Origin: the human T2T-CHM13v2.0 reference genome, Homo sapiens
DNA length: 64,000 bases
NCBI GenBank assembly: GCA_009914755.4
Contig: CP068257.2
Coordinates: 40,096,001 to 40,160,000, forward strand
Direction of reading: 5' to 3'
Both the position numbers and the translations under genes were made by a program. Position 1 is the first letter of the stretch; each line of letters opens with the position of its first letter. Of this stretch, positions 16,437 to 30,444 are shown one piece after another. The notes below the pieces were generated by a model. It made no database searches. It was not told the origin of the DNA and saw only the letters and a program-made list of their open reading frames with translations.

Positions 16437-17620
16437 TAGGGAAGAGGTGTCCGGGGACACACCCTCCCTGGTTGCCTATGCAGATACACAGGGAAGTACA
16501 ACCTCAAGGTAAAGTGCCTTCTCCTATGGGGTTTAAGGCAAGGACATCACACCTGGACGGTGAGGCCAGGAGGCTTCCTGGAGAAAGGCAGCAGCCAGGC
16601 AGAGGAGGGCAGGGCTTCAAGCCAGGCAGGATGCCCCAGGAGGAGGGGTTCAGTGTGCAAGTCGGGCCATGGAAGACGTGGGGGCTGGGATGGGGGTCAA
16701 GGAGGGGGATGAGAGATAGGGCTGGAGACAGGGTTGCTGCAGGTAGAGGAGCTGAGAGAGGCCGGACGGAGGGAGGCCTGGAGACCTCGAGCCTCTTAGA
16801 GCCCTCCCCAGGGAGAATGAAAGCAGGGGTCAGGGCTCAGATTCAAGGGAGACTTGGAGCAGAACCCAGTGCTTGGCTGGATATGGGGAGGGCGTGAAGA
16901 GAAGGAAGGCTGCCCCAGACTCAGGGGGACACCAGGGACTCCCAAAGGGACACGGAGAGCAGAGCCCGTGGCGTGGGTTGAAGGACAGATGGTGTGTCCT
17001 ACACATGCTGCCTGTTGCTTTGACACCCCCCCACTTCCCCCCGCACACACACACTCCCACTTCCGGCATCCAAGGGGCAGGCCTGGCCTGGAGGAAGGAT
17101 GGATGGACGCGCGGCTCTGGAATGGCACAGTGTGGGGAGTTGGGGGGAAAAGAAGAGGCACTGAAGTAGCAGGCACACAATCAGCAGCTCGCTGAGATTT
17201 TAGGAAAGAGAAAAACAACCCCACCCCACCCCAGCTGCTCTAATAGGGTGAATTCACATTAAGACCCCAAAGTCCATAAGATAGGATCTGCCCTCAGCTT
17301 AACTGCAGGCATGGAGGCTCTGAGCCTGGGCTCTGGGTCTGACCGCCCAGGTAGGAACCTGGCCTCCGCCTTGAAGCCTCTGCTCTGAGGAAGGTGCGCG
17401 GCCTCCCCGACCCTCAGCCTCCTCATCGGAGTGCAGGGGTGAGAATTCCCACATCTGGGCCTTGCTTCGTAGGAGAGGGTGAAGAGGCAGGTTCGAAGTC
17501 TGAGGACCAGGCTCAGCTGAAAGCCTTGCTCAAGAGGCTCGGTAGGATGAGCGTGAGAAGGCTCGCGGCTCCACACCCCAAGCATACTCGCTGCCCTGTG
17601 TGGACTTCTCAGTGCTGCAG

Positions 17621-18313
<693 letters not shown>

Positions 18314-19167
18314 GGAGCCTTAGGGGAAAGAGACGGCTGATGCCTGCCCTGCTAGGTACCTTCTCCCCCAGTGTTTCCTCCACCTTCATGAGGATCCCCA
18401 TCCTTCTCTTGCCTTGTGGGACAGTCCTGGCTGACTAATCACATTAATAGGAAAATGCTGAGTTCTCTCAGGGCAGTAAACAGACATCTTTGACCAATGG
18501 CTAACAGGACTTGAGCTGGTCCTGCCAGCCAGATGTGTGCCACACTGTCTACCCGAAAACTCGCCCAATCCTCCCAGCACTCTTCTGCAGCCAGCACTGT
18601 CCTCGCTCCATCCTGTGGAAAAGACTGAGGCTGGGAGAGGCTTGGCACTGCCAGGTTCCCGAGCCTGGCCACTGTGGAGTGGTTTTGACCAGGTCCAAAT
18701 CCGTGCCCTTGTCCCTGACCCAACTCCGTGCCCTTGTCCCTGGCCCCTCGCTCCTGGCCCAGCACTCACAGTGGAGCCTGCAGCCCCTGCATGCAGGTCT
18801 GGGTCTCCTGGGATTCTGTGACCCTCATAGCACTCCCCTAAGTCCCTGGCCAGTGGTGCACCAACACGCAACAGGAGACTTGCCACTGTGAGGAGCATCC
18901 CTCCTCGTTCCCTCCCGCTGTGTGCAGCTTTGCAGGTGACAGAGCACGCTGTCTCTGTCAGGCAGGGAAGGAAACTCTCTGCTAGTGGGGTACAGTTCAA
19001 CCTGGGGAATATACTTATTGAGGGAAAATCCAAATTCCAGAGAATTTAAAAATAAATTTTATTATTTTCTAATAACCAAGCATTACTAGGGAAATGCGAT
19101 ATAAGTAGAGATGCCAGATAAAATACAAGGCCCCCAGCTAAATGTGAATTTCAGCTAATTATATTTA

Positions 19168-19365
<198 letters not shown>

Positions 19366-19599
19366 GTATGTCCCATGCAATATTTGAAATATACCTATGC
19401 TAAAATATAATGAATATATGTAGTGAAAATTTAAATAAAATGTTAGTAAAATTGAACAGTTAAACATTGAATTAAATATCTAATGAACTACTTTTTAGTA
19501 TAAGTACGTCTCATGCCATAAGTAGGACACACACTAACAATGATTTGTTGATTATGTGAAATTCACAGGTAACTGAGTGTCCTGGAGTCATTTTCGTCC

Positions 19600-20590
19600 T
19601 GTACTTTTATTTGGTGAATCTGGCAGGCAGCTTTCCCCGCCTGATGAAACTTGGGAGTTGCTGCCGCCCTCTGCCACAAGGTTGGCCGTGTCTTCCCCTG
19701 CCGCTCGCAGCTACACACGGTGCACGAGGCAAAGCAGCGGCCAGACGCCCTCTGAGCGTGATGGCGGGCAGGTGCCCCCACCAGAGAGCCCCAAGCCTGA
19801 GCACTATTCCTGTCCCTTCTAACTCTGCTGGGAGCCCCATCTTGCCTCCGGCGTCAGCCCCACCCCCCTCAGCTCAGCCTCAGCACCCCTGCAGCGGGGG
19901 AATCACAGCCGACTCCTTGAGGTCCCTCCCGGCAACGGTGCCCACTGCCCACTCTGCAGGGGACAGAGTGGAAGCCCCAAGAGGGACGAGAGGCTACAAG
20001 CTCTGGGGTGGGGGGTGAGGTCAGCCTGCGCTGGTCTGACCCAGTCCGACTCCTCAGGGCGGCCGGAGCCTGTGGTCGGGAGGCGTGCGGGGCTGTGCCC
20101 AGAGCAGCGGGTCGGTCTCTTTGGAGCACTTCCCTTCTGCGCGCGTCCAGCACCCCGGAATTGATTCACAGCCAGTCTGGGTCTGTTTTCTAACCAAGCG
20201 CCTTGCTCATGAGGCACGCTGGTGTCCTTTAGAAGGGACCCAAAGCTTAAAGTTGCCTTTGTCAGTTCCCTAAGAACCCACATAAAACTGGCCACGTCCA
20301 GGGCCTCTCCTGCCTCCCCGGCACGAAGCGGTGCGGAGCAGCAAGGCCAGCCTGGCCTCGCCAGGGAAAGCTCTGCCTCCAGCCTGGTCGAGGCCCTCCC
20401 CTCAGCAGAGGCAACCCTAACAGACTCCCTTTCCCAGGAGCTGACGGGCGAGTGCCTTAGAGCCCTGTTCTCAGAGCCAGGCAGGCCGCTGCGGAGGCTG
20501 TAGGGACCAAACAAAGTCAGGTCTGTGAAATGCTCGGCGCGGGGGCGCGGGGCCCGCAGGGAGTCCGGGTTCTCTACGTGTCCTCCCTCT
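19600..20590. promoter_or_regulatory. Orphan CpG-rich segment (about 1 kb) roughly 14 kb downstream of the RIPK4 3' end
   Basis: Many CpGs occur in a GC-rich context (for example gcgcgcgtccagcaccccgg, ctcggcgcgggggcgcggggcccgcaggg). There is no adjacent coding gene, and it is directly followed by a polypyrimidine tract. Confidence 0.5.
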
Positions 20591-20787
20591 GGCTTTCCTC
20601 ATCCCTTCCCTTCCTTCCTCCTCCCTCTCTCCTTCTTTCTCCTCCTCCTCCTCTTGTTGTTCTTCTTCTTCCTCCTTCCTGCTCCTCCTTCCTCTTCCTC
20701 TTCCTCCTCCTCCTCTTTCTTCTTCCCCTTCTTCTTCTTCCTCCCTCTCCTCCTCCCCCCCCCCCTTCTTCTTCTTTCTCCTTCCTC
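20581..20787. repeat. About 207-bp near-pure polypyrimidine (plus strand) / polypurine tract with imperfect (CTT/CCT/CTTCC)n and a C12 run
   Basis: Roughly 96 percent C/T on the plus strand over ~207 bp (about 8 purines). Its mirror-repeat character makes it an H-DNA/triplex candidate. It drives spurious E/G/R-rich and L/F/S/P-rich ORFs in the track. Confidence 0.9.
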
Positions 20788-23079
20788 GACACCACAACAC
20801 AAAGCAGAATGAAATTCGTGCCATAGAGAAGTCCCGGCAAAATGCTGCCAGACCTGAAGAAATGGGGACTGCTTCCGCCTGGATGGCAGGGCTGGGGACA
20901 ATTATTGGAGGAGAGAGCAGGTGGCCTGCAGGGCTGGTGAAGGGTAAGAGGGACTTGTAAGAGCAGAGGTGGACCATGGCAGCCAGGGTGCACCCTCCCC
21001 TGCCGGGGCGTCGTGGAGCCTGAAGGTCAGCTGGAGGATGTGACACTTCAGGACGGTGTTGTGGGTCCCAAGAAATGCTCTGGAGCAGAGGCCGATGGCA
21101 GGATGAGGCCGGCAGCAAGGACAAAGTGCAGGAGTAGAAGAGGTTAGAAGGTGGCGAGGCTGGGCTAAGTGGGCCAGGGGAGGAGCCATGGGAGATTCCA
21201 GGGTTCCCAGCAAGGGGGCAGGGCAGGCGGGGGCCTGGCACCTCCAGGAGAGGCAGGAGAGGACCAGCAGGTCTGGGGAAATGGGCGCTGGCGTGGATTG
21301 ACGGAGAGTCCTGTGTGCTGAGCACTGCGGAGGCATGACTCACCCCTGATCCCCGAGGGGCAGACCGGGACTCAGGCCCAGATCTCATTGACACTGAGGC
21401 TTGCACCTCTGGCCACCAGCCTGCTGTCCCTGCACTGGGAGAAGTGGAGCCCCAGGCCCCTCACTTGGTACCCACGGGCTATTCAGGCCTGGCTCCCACT
21501 GCTACTGTCTCCCCTGGCGGGGATGCATACAAGGCTGGACTCTCGGCCTTTCCTGGGGCCTGAGCTAGTCCATGTCCTAGGAAGAGATGACCGTGGCCTC
21601 CGTTTTAACAAACACAGACTAGACCAGTTGTCCCCTGGCTGTCATGTCCTAACCCTCCCAGTGGGTGGTGGGACAGCACAACCCCTGGCCCTGAGCTGTA
21701 AGGGGAGGGGAGGCCCGCAGGGAGGTCGCCCATTGGGGAGGCCGCCACCACCCCAGGGAGGCCTGTTCAAGTAGGTCGCAGTGATGATTTCCGGTGGCAG
21801 GTCGCAACAGGCTGCGCTGGCTGTGAGAAATGAAGGAAAAATGTGCCCAGATAAGTAGAAGCGGTTCCTGGTGGCTTGGCAACCTCAGAGGCTGCCTGGC
21901 TGTCTGGTTAACCCCTTCCCTCCCGAAGTGTGGCCCAGAACACACGTGGGACTTCCAGGTCACCCTGCACCCCTGGGAAGCCAGGCACACTTGGTCCCCC
22001 TGAGTTCACTCCATGCAGAGTGGAAACGATGTTGCCTGTCCCCCAGTAGTGGAGGCCAGTAGGAGCTGGGATGGCGTGCACAGCCCTCAGCCCAGCGCAG
22101 ACAGGAAGAGCACGGGCAGGCTCCGTGGGGGCTCACAGCTCCCCAGGCACAGTGAGGGTGGAGGGGACCTTCAGGAGGGGTCAGACTATGGCCAAAACAT
22201 CACCCGGCAGACCCCACAGAGTCCACTGTGGCCCCTCCTTCCTGAGCCGGCCCTGCTGCTCCACCCCGGCGGCTGGAGCTGCTCATTACCGCCGCCTCCA
22301 CAGTGCCCTCCAGGAAAACCCACAGGGCCTCGCCCCACAGAGTGCTTCTGTGCCCGGGACCTCCCCGGCCCCTTTAGGAGTCTTTCTGATCTGCCGTCTT
22401 AGAAGCGCTCCCAGGAAGGTGTGGTCTTCAGGGCGCCCCCCCGAGCCACCCCTTCCCACAAACACGTTTCCTGGGAGCTGAGGTTTGGGCCACGCAGGGA
22501 ATTCTGACCAGGGAGACTTGGCTAAGTGTTCCCACCCGGCGCCTGTCTCCCAGCCAGACCCGGCCAGACGCTCTCATCAGCACCTCCTTCCCGTACTGGG
22601 GCCCCAGGGAGAAAGCTCTAAGCTACTGCCCAGCTGGCTCCAAAAGGGGTCCAGAAATCACTTTGAGGGTGACCCTGGGGCTGCTCCCTGCATCCCCACA
22701 TACCCCCCCCCATTTCCGACGAGCAGCACCTGCCCTGGGCACTCCCCAGCTTGCCCTCCTTCTCCTCGGCAGATGGGGCTTCCTGCTGATTCTTCCTGCA
22801 GGACAGTCAGGTGTGTGAGGGCGGGCCCTCCAGCCTGGGCACCTCCTCATGCGGCTCCCTTGGTGAGCCGCCATCACACAGAAGGCGGGTAGAGGGAAGA
22901 AGGCAGTGGACTTGGTGGTCCTGACCCTTGTAAACCTGAGGACAGGAAGTGAGCAGCGCTGTGCTGAGCTGGTGCCTCTGGGAAATGCTGGGCTCCCTGG
23001 GGCCTTGACTGTCCTGTTGGTGGCCAACTCCCTTGGCGTGTGGTCCTGTGCAGTACACGTCTATCAAACGACTGCAGAC

Positions 23080-23108
23080 ATGAATGAATGAATGAATGAA
23101 TGAATGAA
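23080..23108. repeat. (GAAT)n tetranucleotide repeat, about 7 units
   Basis: tgaatgaatgaatgaatgaatgaatgaatgaac. Confidence 0.9.
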
Positions 23109-23539
23109 CGCTTTAGCCTGACTTCATACCACATAGGTAAGTTTCAGGATGTTAGCACAGCTAAAAAGCAATAGGGCAAATTACAAAACAAAAAAAGAAA
23201 GCCAAAAAAATACAAAACTGTCATGAGCACGCCTGGCCTCGTAGCAACCCACCAATGGGACTGGAAGAGTCACGTGAACACACACCCATTTGCTGGCTTT
23301 AGCTCATGTCCTGGCTGTACAGGACTTGCCTCTGTTTCGCAGCCATATTGCTGTTTAATTTATTCAGGGAGAATTCACATAGCATAAAACTGAGCACTCT
23401 AAAGTGAGCAATCCCTGGCACTTAGTGCACTCACAGTGTCATACAACCAGCCTCACCCTCTAGCTCCAAAACACCCCTTCTCACCCGAGTAAAACCCTGG
23501 CCCCATGAAACAGTGTCTCCCCAGCCAGCCCTTACAGCC

Positions 23540-23865
23540 ACCAGTCTGTCTCTGTGGCTTCACTTGTTCTGATATAAAATGGGTGGTACCATATGTGGCC
23601 TCTCCACCTGCCATCTTTCACTCAGCACCGTGTTTGAAGGGTGTATCCACATGGTAGCCCGTATCAGAACTTCATTCCTTTTTATGGCTGAATAATATCC
23701 CATTGTAGGGGGAGACCACATTTTGTGAGTCCATTGATCTGTGGATGGGCATGGGGGCTATTTCCTCTTTCGGTCCTGTGGATAGTGCTGCTATGCAAAT
23801 ACACAGGTGTACATGTAGTCATTGGAGTCCCAATTCTTTGTACCATCAACAGTTTTTCATCGTTT
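23540..23865 (+). mobile_element. L1 (older family) 3'-region fragment
   Basis: ttcattcctttttatggctgaataatatcccattgta...ccacattttgtgagtccattgatctgtggatgggcat..ggggctatttcc...tgctgctatgcaaatacacaggtgtacatgtag matches the same L1 consensus region as 14260-15052. Confidence 0.65.
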
Positions 23866-24890
23866 ATAAAACATTAGATCTGTAGAATGTCTACCTCAAC
23901 CTCCCTCCGTTTCCAGACATGACTTGACCAAGGGCACAGAGGGTCAGGAATGGCAGGGGCAGGCCTTGGACCAGGTCTTCTGACCACATCCTCCACTGCC
24001 ACGAGGATGAAGGTCCCCGTGGAAGGAAACGGAGGGTGTGACCCACTCGCCTTAGCAGGTTAGGCAACACCCACCGGGCCAGGCCGCAGGCAGTGCTGTT
24101 GAAGGCAGGGCCCCATCGCCTCCCACCACCCACTAAGGTCACAGGAGGCAGCCAGGCTTGCCCACACATGGGGGCAGCTAGAGGAAACCTGGTTAGGGCT
24201 TCAGAGAGGGGTCAAGGTTGAAGCCATCTGAGGGGTCAGAGGCAGGAGGCAAAGGGGCCTCTGCTTCCTTCAGCGGCGAATCCAGAGTCTGGGTGCATGG
24301 AGGCAAGCAAGAGGAACAGGCTCGTTAGAGAAGCCCCACCCAGTTACTCAGCACCTGGTAAACATCGATTATTCCCACTCCGGGCTAAAGGAAAGAGAAG
24401 GAAAATTCCCTGGTAATGCCACCTCCCCAAGCAGCCACCATGAGCCTTTGAGGGTTTGTGTGCATGGAAAGAGAAATCTGGTGTGGATGATTGTTCGTCA
24501 GTGGATCAGCTCTAAATCAATGGAGCGGGTTTTATGGTATCCCCTTGGTTTCACATCAACTAGGAGGTCACTTATGCACCTGGGACATCACCTTTTCTCC
24601 TCCATGAAAGCTGTGAAATTCTCAACACCTAGTCCAGCAGCTGGCATGTAGGGGGTATAGAAAAAATGCTTGTTGTAGGAACTAATGCTGAAACCCAAAG
24701 CGGCCCTCGTAGAAAGTAAAAGCAGATGCCCTTGATGCCTGTCATTCTAGGATCCCTCGGAGAGAAGGCACGCCCACCACTTCCCCACACCTCCCCCAGC
24801 CCCTGGCTCACTCATGTTCTGAGCCCTTTTGGACTCTCCTGCCGGCAAAAACAAGTTTAGGCAGCATTTTCGCCTCTGTCCTGTTAATAT

Positions 24891-25146
24891 CTCAGTGGAT
24901 ATCTTAACTACAGAATAGACATAACCTCATTATAACAAATTAACTCAACTCAGCAACTAGAAGGGACAGTTCCCGTTTAAAGGTAACTAATGCTGAATAT
25001 ACCACAAAGAGATAGAAGATGGATACATGAACAGGAAGTTGAGATTTGACGGACAAAATTAAAAGGAGTTCTAGATTGAAAATCACTTTCCTTAGAATGT
25101 TGACAGCATTGTTCTCTTGCCTTCAAGCTTCCGTTTTTATTGTCTG
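24891..25146 (+). repeat. About 255-bp direct repeat, copy 1 (pairs with 26492-26745)
   Basis: tctcagtggatatcttaactacagaatagacataacctcattataacaaattaactcaactcagcaactagaagggacagttcccgtttaaaggtaact...tgttgacagcattgttctcttgccttcaagcttccgtttttattgtctg is about 88% identical to the second copy. Confidence 0.7.
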
Positions 25147-25948
25147 TGTCTCACCAAATCAGTAAATGCACACAGTGCAAAAAGTGAAAAACTCCGGGCA
25201 AGAAAACACAACGCATGAAGCCCTGCTCTCCCACCTGCTCATCCCCTAAATCCAGGTCTCACACCGCAGGCAGTCACACTCCAGTCTTGCAGCACTTTCT
25301 TCCAGTATTCTCCCCATCACATGCTTACACTGATGTTTGTTTGAATTTTTGTTTAAGATTTTATGTATTTATTCCCAACTAGGGAAGATGAAGATTTAGG
25401 GCTTTCATAACAGCCCCAGCCACACCCACAGCCACCCTATAGAGTTATGTCATCATTTACAATGAAATCAAAATCCACTGTTTGTACATCATTATGATTC
25501 AATGTGATTCCACCCAACCCAGGCCTGCTCATTTGGCTGGATGTTGAGTTCTAGCTTGGAGGAGGCATTCTTTGCTGCCAGTTGCATGGACTAAACATGA
25601 AAACATTCCTACCGTACAGCTAGAAGTGTTGGATAAAATGTGAGACTCCTTTTAAATAACTAGCTAAACATACAAGAAGAAAGGAGACAAAATCTCCAGG
25701 GGCCAAAAGAAGAGGGAAATAAAGCCTGAATAGTGAACATCGGCTGGGCTTAGATTGACTTGGGGATTGCATTAATATTGGCACCCAGGGACCTGGAGTT
25801 GAACACTCCAGAGACAGAAGATAAGCTCAGGGGCCCAAGTGAGGCAGGATATTATAAGCAAAATCCTTGAAGGGCCACCCTGAGAGGAAATATTTACCCA
25901 CCAGCAGAGGAAGATGACCTGAAAGCATATCTATCTCAGTCCATGCCA

Positions 25949-26016
25949 GGAGAAAAAAAAAAGAGAAGAGAAGAGAAAGAGAGGAGAGGAGAGGAGAGGA
26001 GAGGAGAGGAGAAGGG
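25949..26016. repeat. Purine-only (GGAGA/AGAGA)n tract
   Basis: agaaaaaaaaaagagaagagaagagaaagagaggagaggagaggagaggagaggagaggagaaggg. Confidence 0.9.
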
Positions 26017-26491
26017 AATGCCTCTTAAGAGCTTGTAATGATGGGTCTGTCTTGTTCAGGTTTTGGATTTGAATTTATACTCCCTGCATAGTCCAGGACC
26101 CACAGAGCCACAGAATTAGCACAAAAATGATCACAGGCTGGCAAGACAACTGAGAGTCTTGCAAACACAAAATCTCTCAGTAAAGACAGCTTCAGCTCAA
26201 GCACAAAAGATTCTCACAGATAGAGTCCTACTGAAAATGAACTCACAATCCAAAATTATAAATCACACAAGGAAACAATCCACCAGCAGACCCAACAATC
26301 AGAGGAATTGGATCCCTAAGAACCCTAGGTAATAGGATTATCAGATGATGGCTTTTAACAGGTATGTTTACAATGATTACAGATATAAAACAAGGAAATG
26401 AGCACAAGATGCTACCAAGAAAACAAGGCAGATTCAGAAAGAATGGAGTAGAACATTGGGAAATGGAAAGTATAGTGAGTGAAATAAAAAT

Positions 26492-26745
26492 CTCAGTGGA
26501 TATCTTAACTATTGAATAGATATAGCCTCATTATAACAAAGTTAGCTCAACTCAGCAACTAGAATGAGCAGTTCCCATTTAAAGGTAACTTATGCAGAAT
26601 ATAGCACAACAGATAGAAAAATGGAAATATGAACAGGAAGTTGAGATTTGAAGGACAAAATTGAAAGTTCTAAATTGAAAATCACTTTCCTTAAAATGTT
26701 GACAGCATTGTTCTCTTGCCTTCAAGCTTCCCTTTTTGTTGTCTA
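26492..26745 (+). repeat. About 255-bp direct repeat, copy 2
   Basis: tctcagtggatatcttaactattgaatagatatagcctcattataacaaagttagctcaactcagcaactagaatgagcagttcccatttaaaggtaact...tgttgacagcattgttctcttgccttcaagcttccctttttgttgtctag. Confidence 0.7.
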
Positions 26746-27209
26746 GAAGTCTGACGCATCTGATATCTGATTTAGCATCTTCTTGCACTCCACCTGAAAG
26801 CATTTAGGATCACCTCTCCAGCTCCATCCTAGAGTCACCTCCCCATCCCTGTCCTGGCATCACCACCCCATCCCCAACCTGGCATCCTTCCATGCTGGGC
26901 TTGCAATGGCTATTCTCCTAGCCATCACTCTAATCACTTGCTGAGCCCTCTTTATGTGAGATTCCTGTACTTTAGTTTGGAAACATTTTCTTCTTTTTCT
27001 TTTTTTGAAACTCCTATTATTGGGATGATGGGCCTCCTGGAATAATTCTCTAATTTTCTTTCCTTTCCTCTCCTATGTTCCACTTCTTTGTCTATTTGTT
27101 CTTCTTTCTCTGATAAATTCTTTTCTTTGCTTTCTTAGACTTATTTTCTACTTTTGAGAGTTTTATTTTTCTCATCACATTAAAAAAATTTCATTTCTGT
27201 TCTCTAAAT

Positions 27210-27213
<4 letters not shown>

Positions 27214-27267
<54 letters not shown>
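27214..27267. repeat. (AC)n dinucleotide microsatellite, about 27 units
   Basis: Perfect acacac run. Confidence 0.95.
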
Positions 27268-27269
<2 letters not shown>

Positions 27270-30246
27270 CTGAGCCGGTGTTCATTAAAATGTATGTTCT
27301 GAGACATTATAGATTTTGAAAAAGTCTTCTTCTGATCCATACTTTGTTTTCTCTGCTTTTTTAATCTGCTTGTTGGATTGGTTAGGATGGTCGTGTCTTT
27401 GTCTTTCACGTTAGGGCTTTCTTTGTTCTAGTGGGCTCTCTGTTCGTTTTTCAGATGTCAGTTAGCAACAGATATTTGGAAGCTCTGTGTGTGTGGGAGA
27501 GCTTATCACTGGGTGACTGTCACTGCAGCATGATGGAGGGAACTTCTAAATGTCAGGTCTGCAGATCTTTTCCTGCTTGGAGGTGCTGAGAGAAGGGAGA
27601 GAGCCTGGAGGGGTGGAGGTGGGGTGCAGGTCACGTCTTAAGTACATAGAGTCTACCCGATTTCCTCCTGCTGAGTTGCTTCCCCCAGCCCCACTCTGGA
27701 TATGCCTGGAGTTGTGGGGTTCAGGCACATCTGGTTCAAACTTGTCCTGTCTGCTGATGGAGTGGAGAGTGGGAGGCCATCTGGGTGTCTACCTGCTCCT
27801 GGTGAGGGCGCTCAGGTAGTCCTCTTCTGTCCCACTCTTCTCTCTGTCCTTCAGAGTCTGGTGCCTCCACCCCTAAAGATTGACATTATTGTTGGTAGAT
27901 TGAATGGACGTAACATTATTCTGTCTAATGAGTATACATTTTCTAAATGCTTGTTTAGCTCATTGTGGTCTAGGAACAAATGGTTTTCAGAGCCACACGG
28001 CCCACAGACAGACTCACCACCTCCCGATGTGGTCTCCACCAGGCCAGTGGCTGGCCTATAAGTGACAACATCCAGCCACAGCCTCATTAGGGCACCAGGT
28101 GGGCTTGTCAGGTCGCACACCTTGGCTGATCGGCAAATGAAGGGAAACGCCAGCACATCTCCGTCCACCATTATCGTGAGAGGGCACTTTCCAGCTCTTC
28201 TTTGGGGACACATCCCTCCGCACCTTCCCTCCCTTCCTCCTCCTCCATGCACCCCTTCCCGTTCACCGTGAAGAGACCAGCTGGGCTGGCTCCTCAGCAG
28301 ACCCCTCCTCAGGAGGTCTGGTCTGGCTTCACTGAGCCCACAAAGGTGATGGGTTTGGCTGTGTGCCAGCACGCGGCCATGCCCTCCCCTGGTCTCCAGC
28401 ATCATCCCACTTATAAAGAGTCATTCCTTGAAGGCAAAGATGGGGTCCCACATCACCCAGTGTCCTTCCCCGCACCAGCCAAGGTCACCCTCGAAGAGCA
28501 AGTTCTTCCCCACAGCCACCAGGAAAGATGGAAAGGAAAAGGAGAGGCTCTGCCTGAGTTCCACAGCCCAGGAGGAGGCCACCCTGTCCTTTCTCCTGGA
28601 GCAAGGGCAGCCTCCCCACCGGCCCCACCTGCAGAGCTGCCGGGTGCCACCTCCCTGAGTCTAGTTTTTCCAGTAGCACCACTGGGACCAGGAAGTGATG
28701 TAAGGAGGAAGGAAGACACCTCAGGGAGGCCAGCTTCCTCTGGGTTGCCTCAGAGGGGCTGAGGTTGCTGAAACCTCCAGGCTCCATTCCAAGGGGTGAG
28801 GTCCGCCCAAACATGACAACGTAAAGGGAGGTCCTCCCCGACCCTCAAGTCCCACTCTCTGGGGCCAGCCCTGCTCACGCTTTGGGGAGCACCTTTCTGA
28901 AGAGCTCCACACAGCTGTACATTGATACTGTCGAGTTTACATCGTGTTGTGCAGAGAAATGAGAAGTCGAGAATTCATCCTGCTCCACCGGCTTCCTCAC
29001 CTTCTCTTGCATTTTCTTCTTAATCTAGCATCCAATGCATTTTTTTTTTTAATTTAAGCTTCCTTCCTTTGTGTGCTAACATTTTACATGTAGATCCTAG
29101 CACATTTCTTTAGGCAAGGAAACAGACCCTTTGTTGAGCACCGTCATCCTGGCCACTGCAGTTGCCTGGGAGGCTCCGGAAGGTTTTTTGACTCCTGAAG
29201 CCAGCTGAGGCAGCCACCTGAGCAAGGGCGTTGTTCATCCCAGGGCTCACCCTCATTCAGGGCCATGACCTTTTCTAGTAAGTGTGCACTCTCTTAGGTC
29301 CCACCCTGTGTCACCCGGACTCTCTTGGAGTTCGGTATGTGGAGATGACTTTCTTCCTCACTCTGGATGCAATTTGGGAACTACACCGAGGATTGTGGCC
29401 AGGGGCTCTTCCCTCACCTCTGACGGATCCAGTAGGTGGTCCCAGATTCTCACTCTGACCCACCCACTATGACTTCAAAGCTGCTGTGCACAGTTACCAC
29501 TGCTGGGCAGACCTTCCAGAATCTTCCAGAACATCCCATGATTCAGAGGGAAGACACCCTGGATGAGGGAGTCCTCCATTTTTCCGAGCAAATGCACGTG
29601 TTCTACACACAACTCCAGGTCATTCTCCAGTGGTACCTGAGCCCTCCATAGGGCCCCTGTGAGGGATCCTGGGTGGGGACTTCTGTGACTGTGACAGCTG
29701 GCCTCTGGGCCACCTTTTCCAGAAACAGCATTCCTGATTCTCCCTTGGGAAACCATCACCTCCACATTCAGGGTGGCGTCTGCCAGCCTGGCCCAGCCCG
29801 GGCTGTGGGAACACTCCCTCCCCGGGCTGACATGCTTGGTTTTGAGGATGGGCGCAACCTGCTGTGGGGCCACCACACTGCATCCACTCTGAGACGCCAT
29901 GAATTCTAATCCTAAATGTACCATTGTCCTGATCACCTCCAAAATAGGAAAAAATGCTGCCAATGACAATTGTAAGAGGCCATTGACTCCCTCATAGCTG
30001 TTAGAATGCAGAAAAAATAGCATCTAAGGAACTACGAATGATTTTTAATCTGGGGCTTGGGAAAGGGGAACTATTGGGAGAAAGAAGTTCTCTTTGCACT
30101 GAGATCCTCAGGCCATTTAACCTTGGAGACAAGAAGACAGGGATATATTTTGCAAAGGACTTGCCCATTACTAAAGGTGACACAGGGGAAAGGAGACACT
30201 AAACATCTGGATCCAGCCATTTCTGACACTGGATTTCATGAAGCAG

Positions 30247-30249
<3 letters not shown>

Positions 30250-30278
<29 letters not shown>

Positions 30279-30414
30279 CTTCTTCTTCTTCTTCTTCTTC
30301 TTCTTCTTCTTCTTCTTCTTCTTCTTCTTCTTCTTCTTCTTCTTCTTCTTCTTCTTCTTCTTCTTCTTCTTCTTCTTCTTCTTCTTCTTCTTCTTCTTTC
30401 TTCTTCTTCTTCTT

Positions 30415-30444
<30 letters not shown>
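30250..30444. repeat. (CTT)n.(GAA)n microsatellite, about 65 triplets with one single-base interruption
   Basis: Uninterrupted cttcttctt from 30250 for about 49 units, then an extra t near 30398, then about 15 more units. Confidence 0.95.

Noticed and set aside
19903-20514. 203-aa minus-strand ORF inside the orphan CpG island
   Set aside because: The GC-rich region yields long ORFs in several frames, and there is no similarity to any protein I recognise. I treat the region as regulatory or non-coding rather than coding.
20471-21406. 311-aa minus-strand ORF and several 95-140-aa ORFs rich in E/G/R or L/F/S/P
   Set aside because: They are driven entirely by the polypurine/polypyrimidine tract at 20581-20787. 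They are low-complexity and frame-independent, so not coding.
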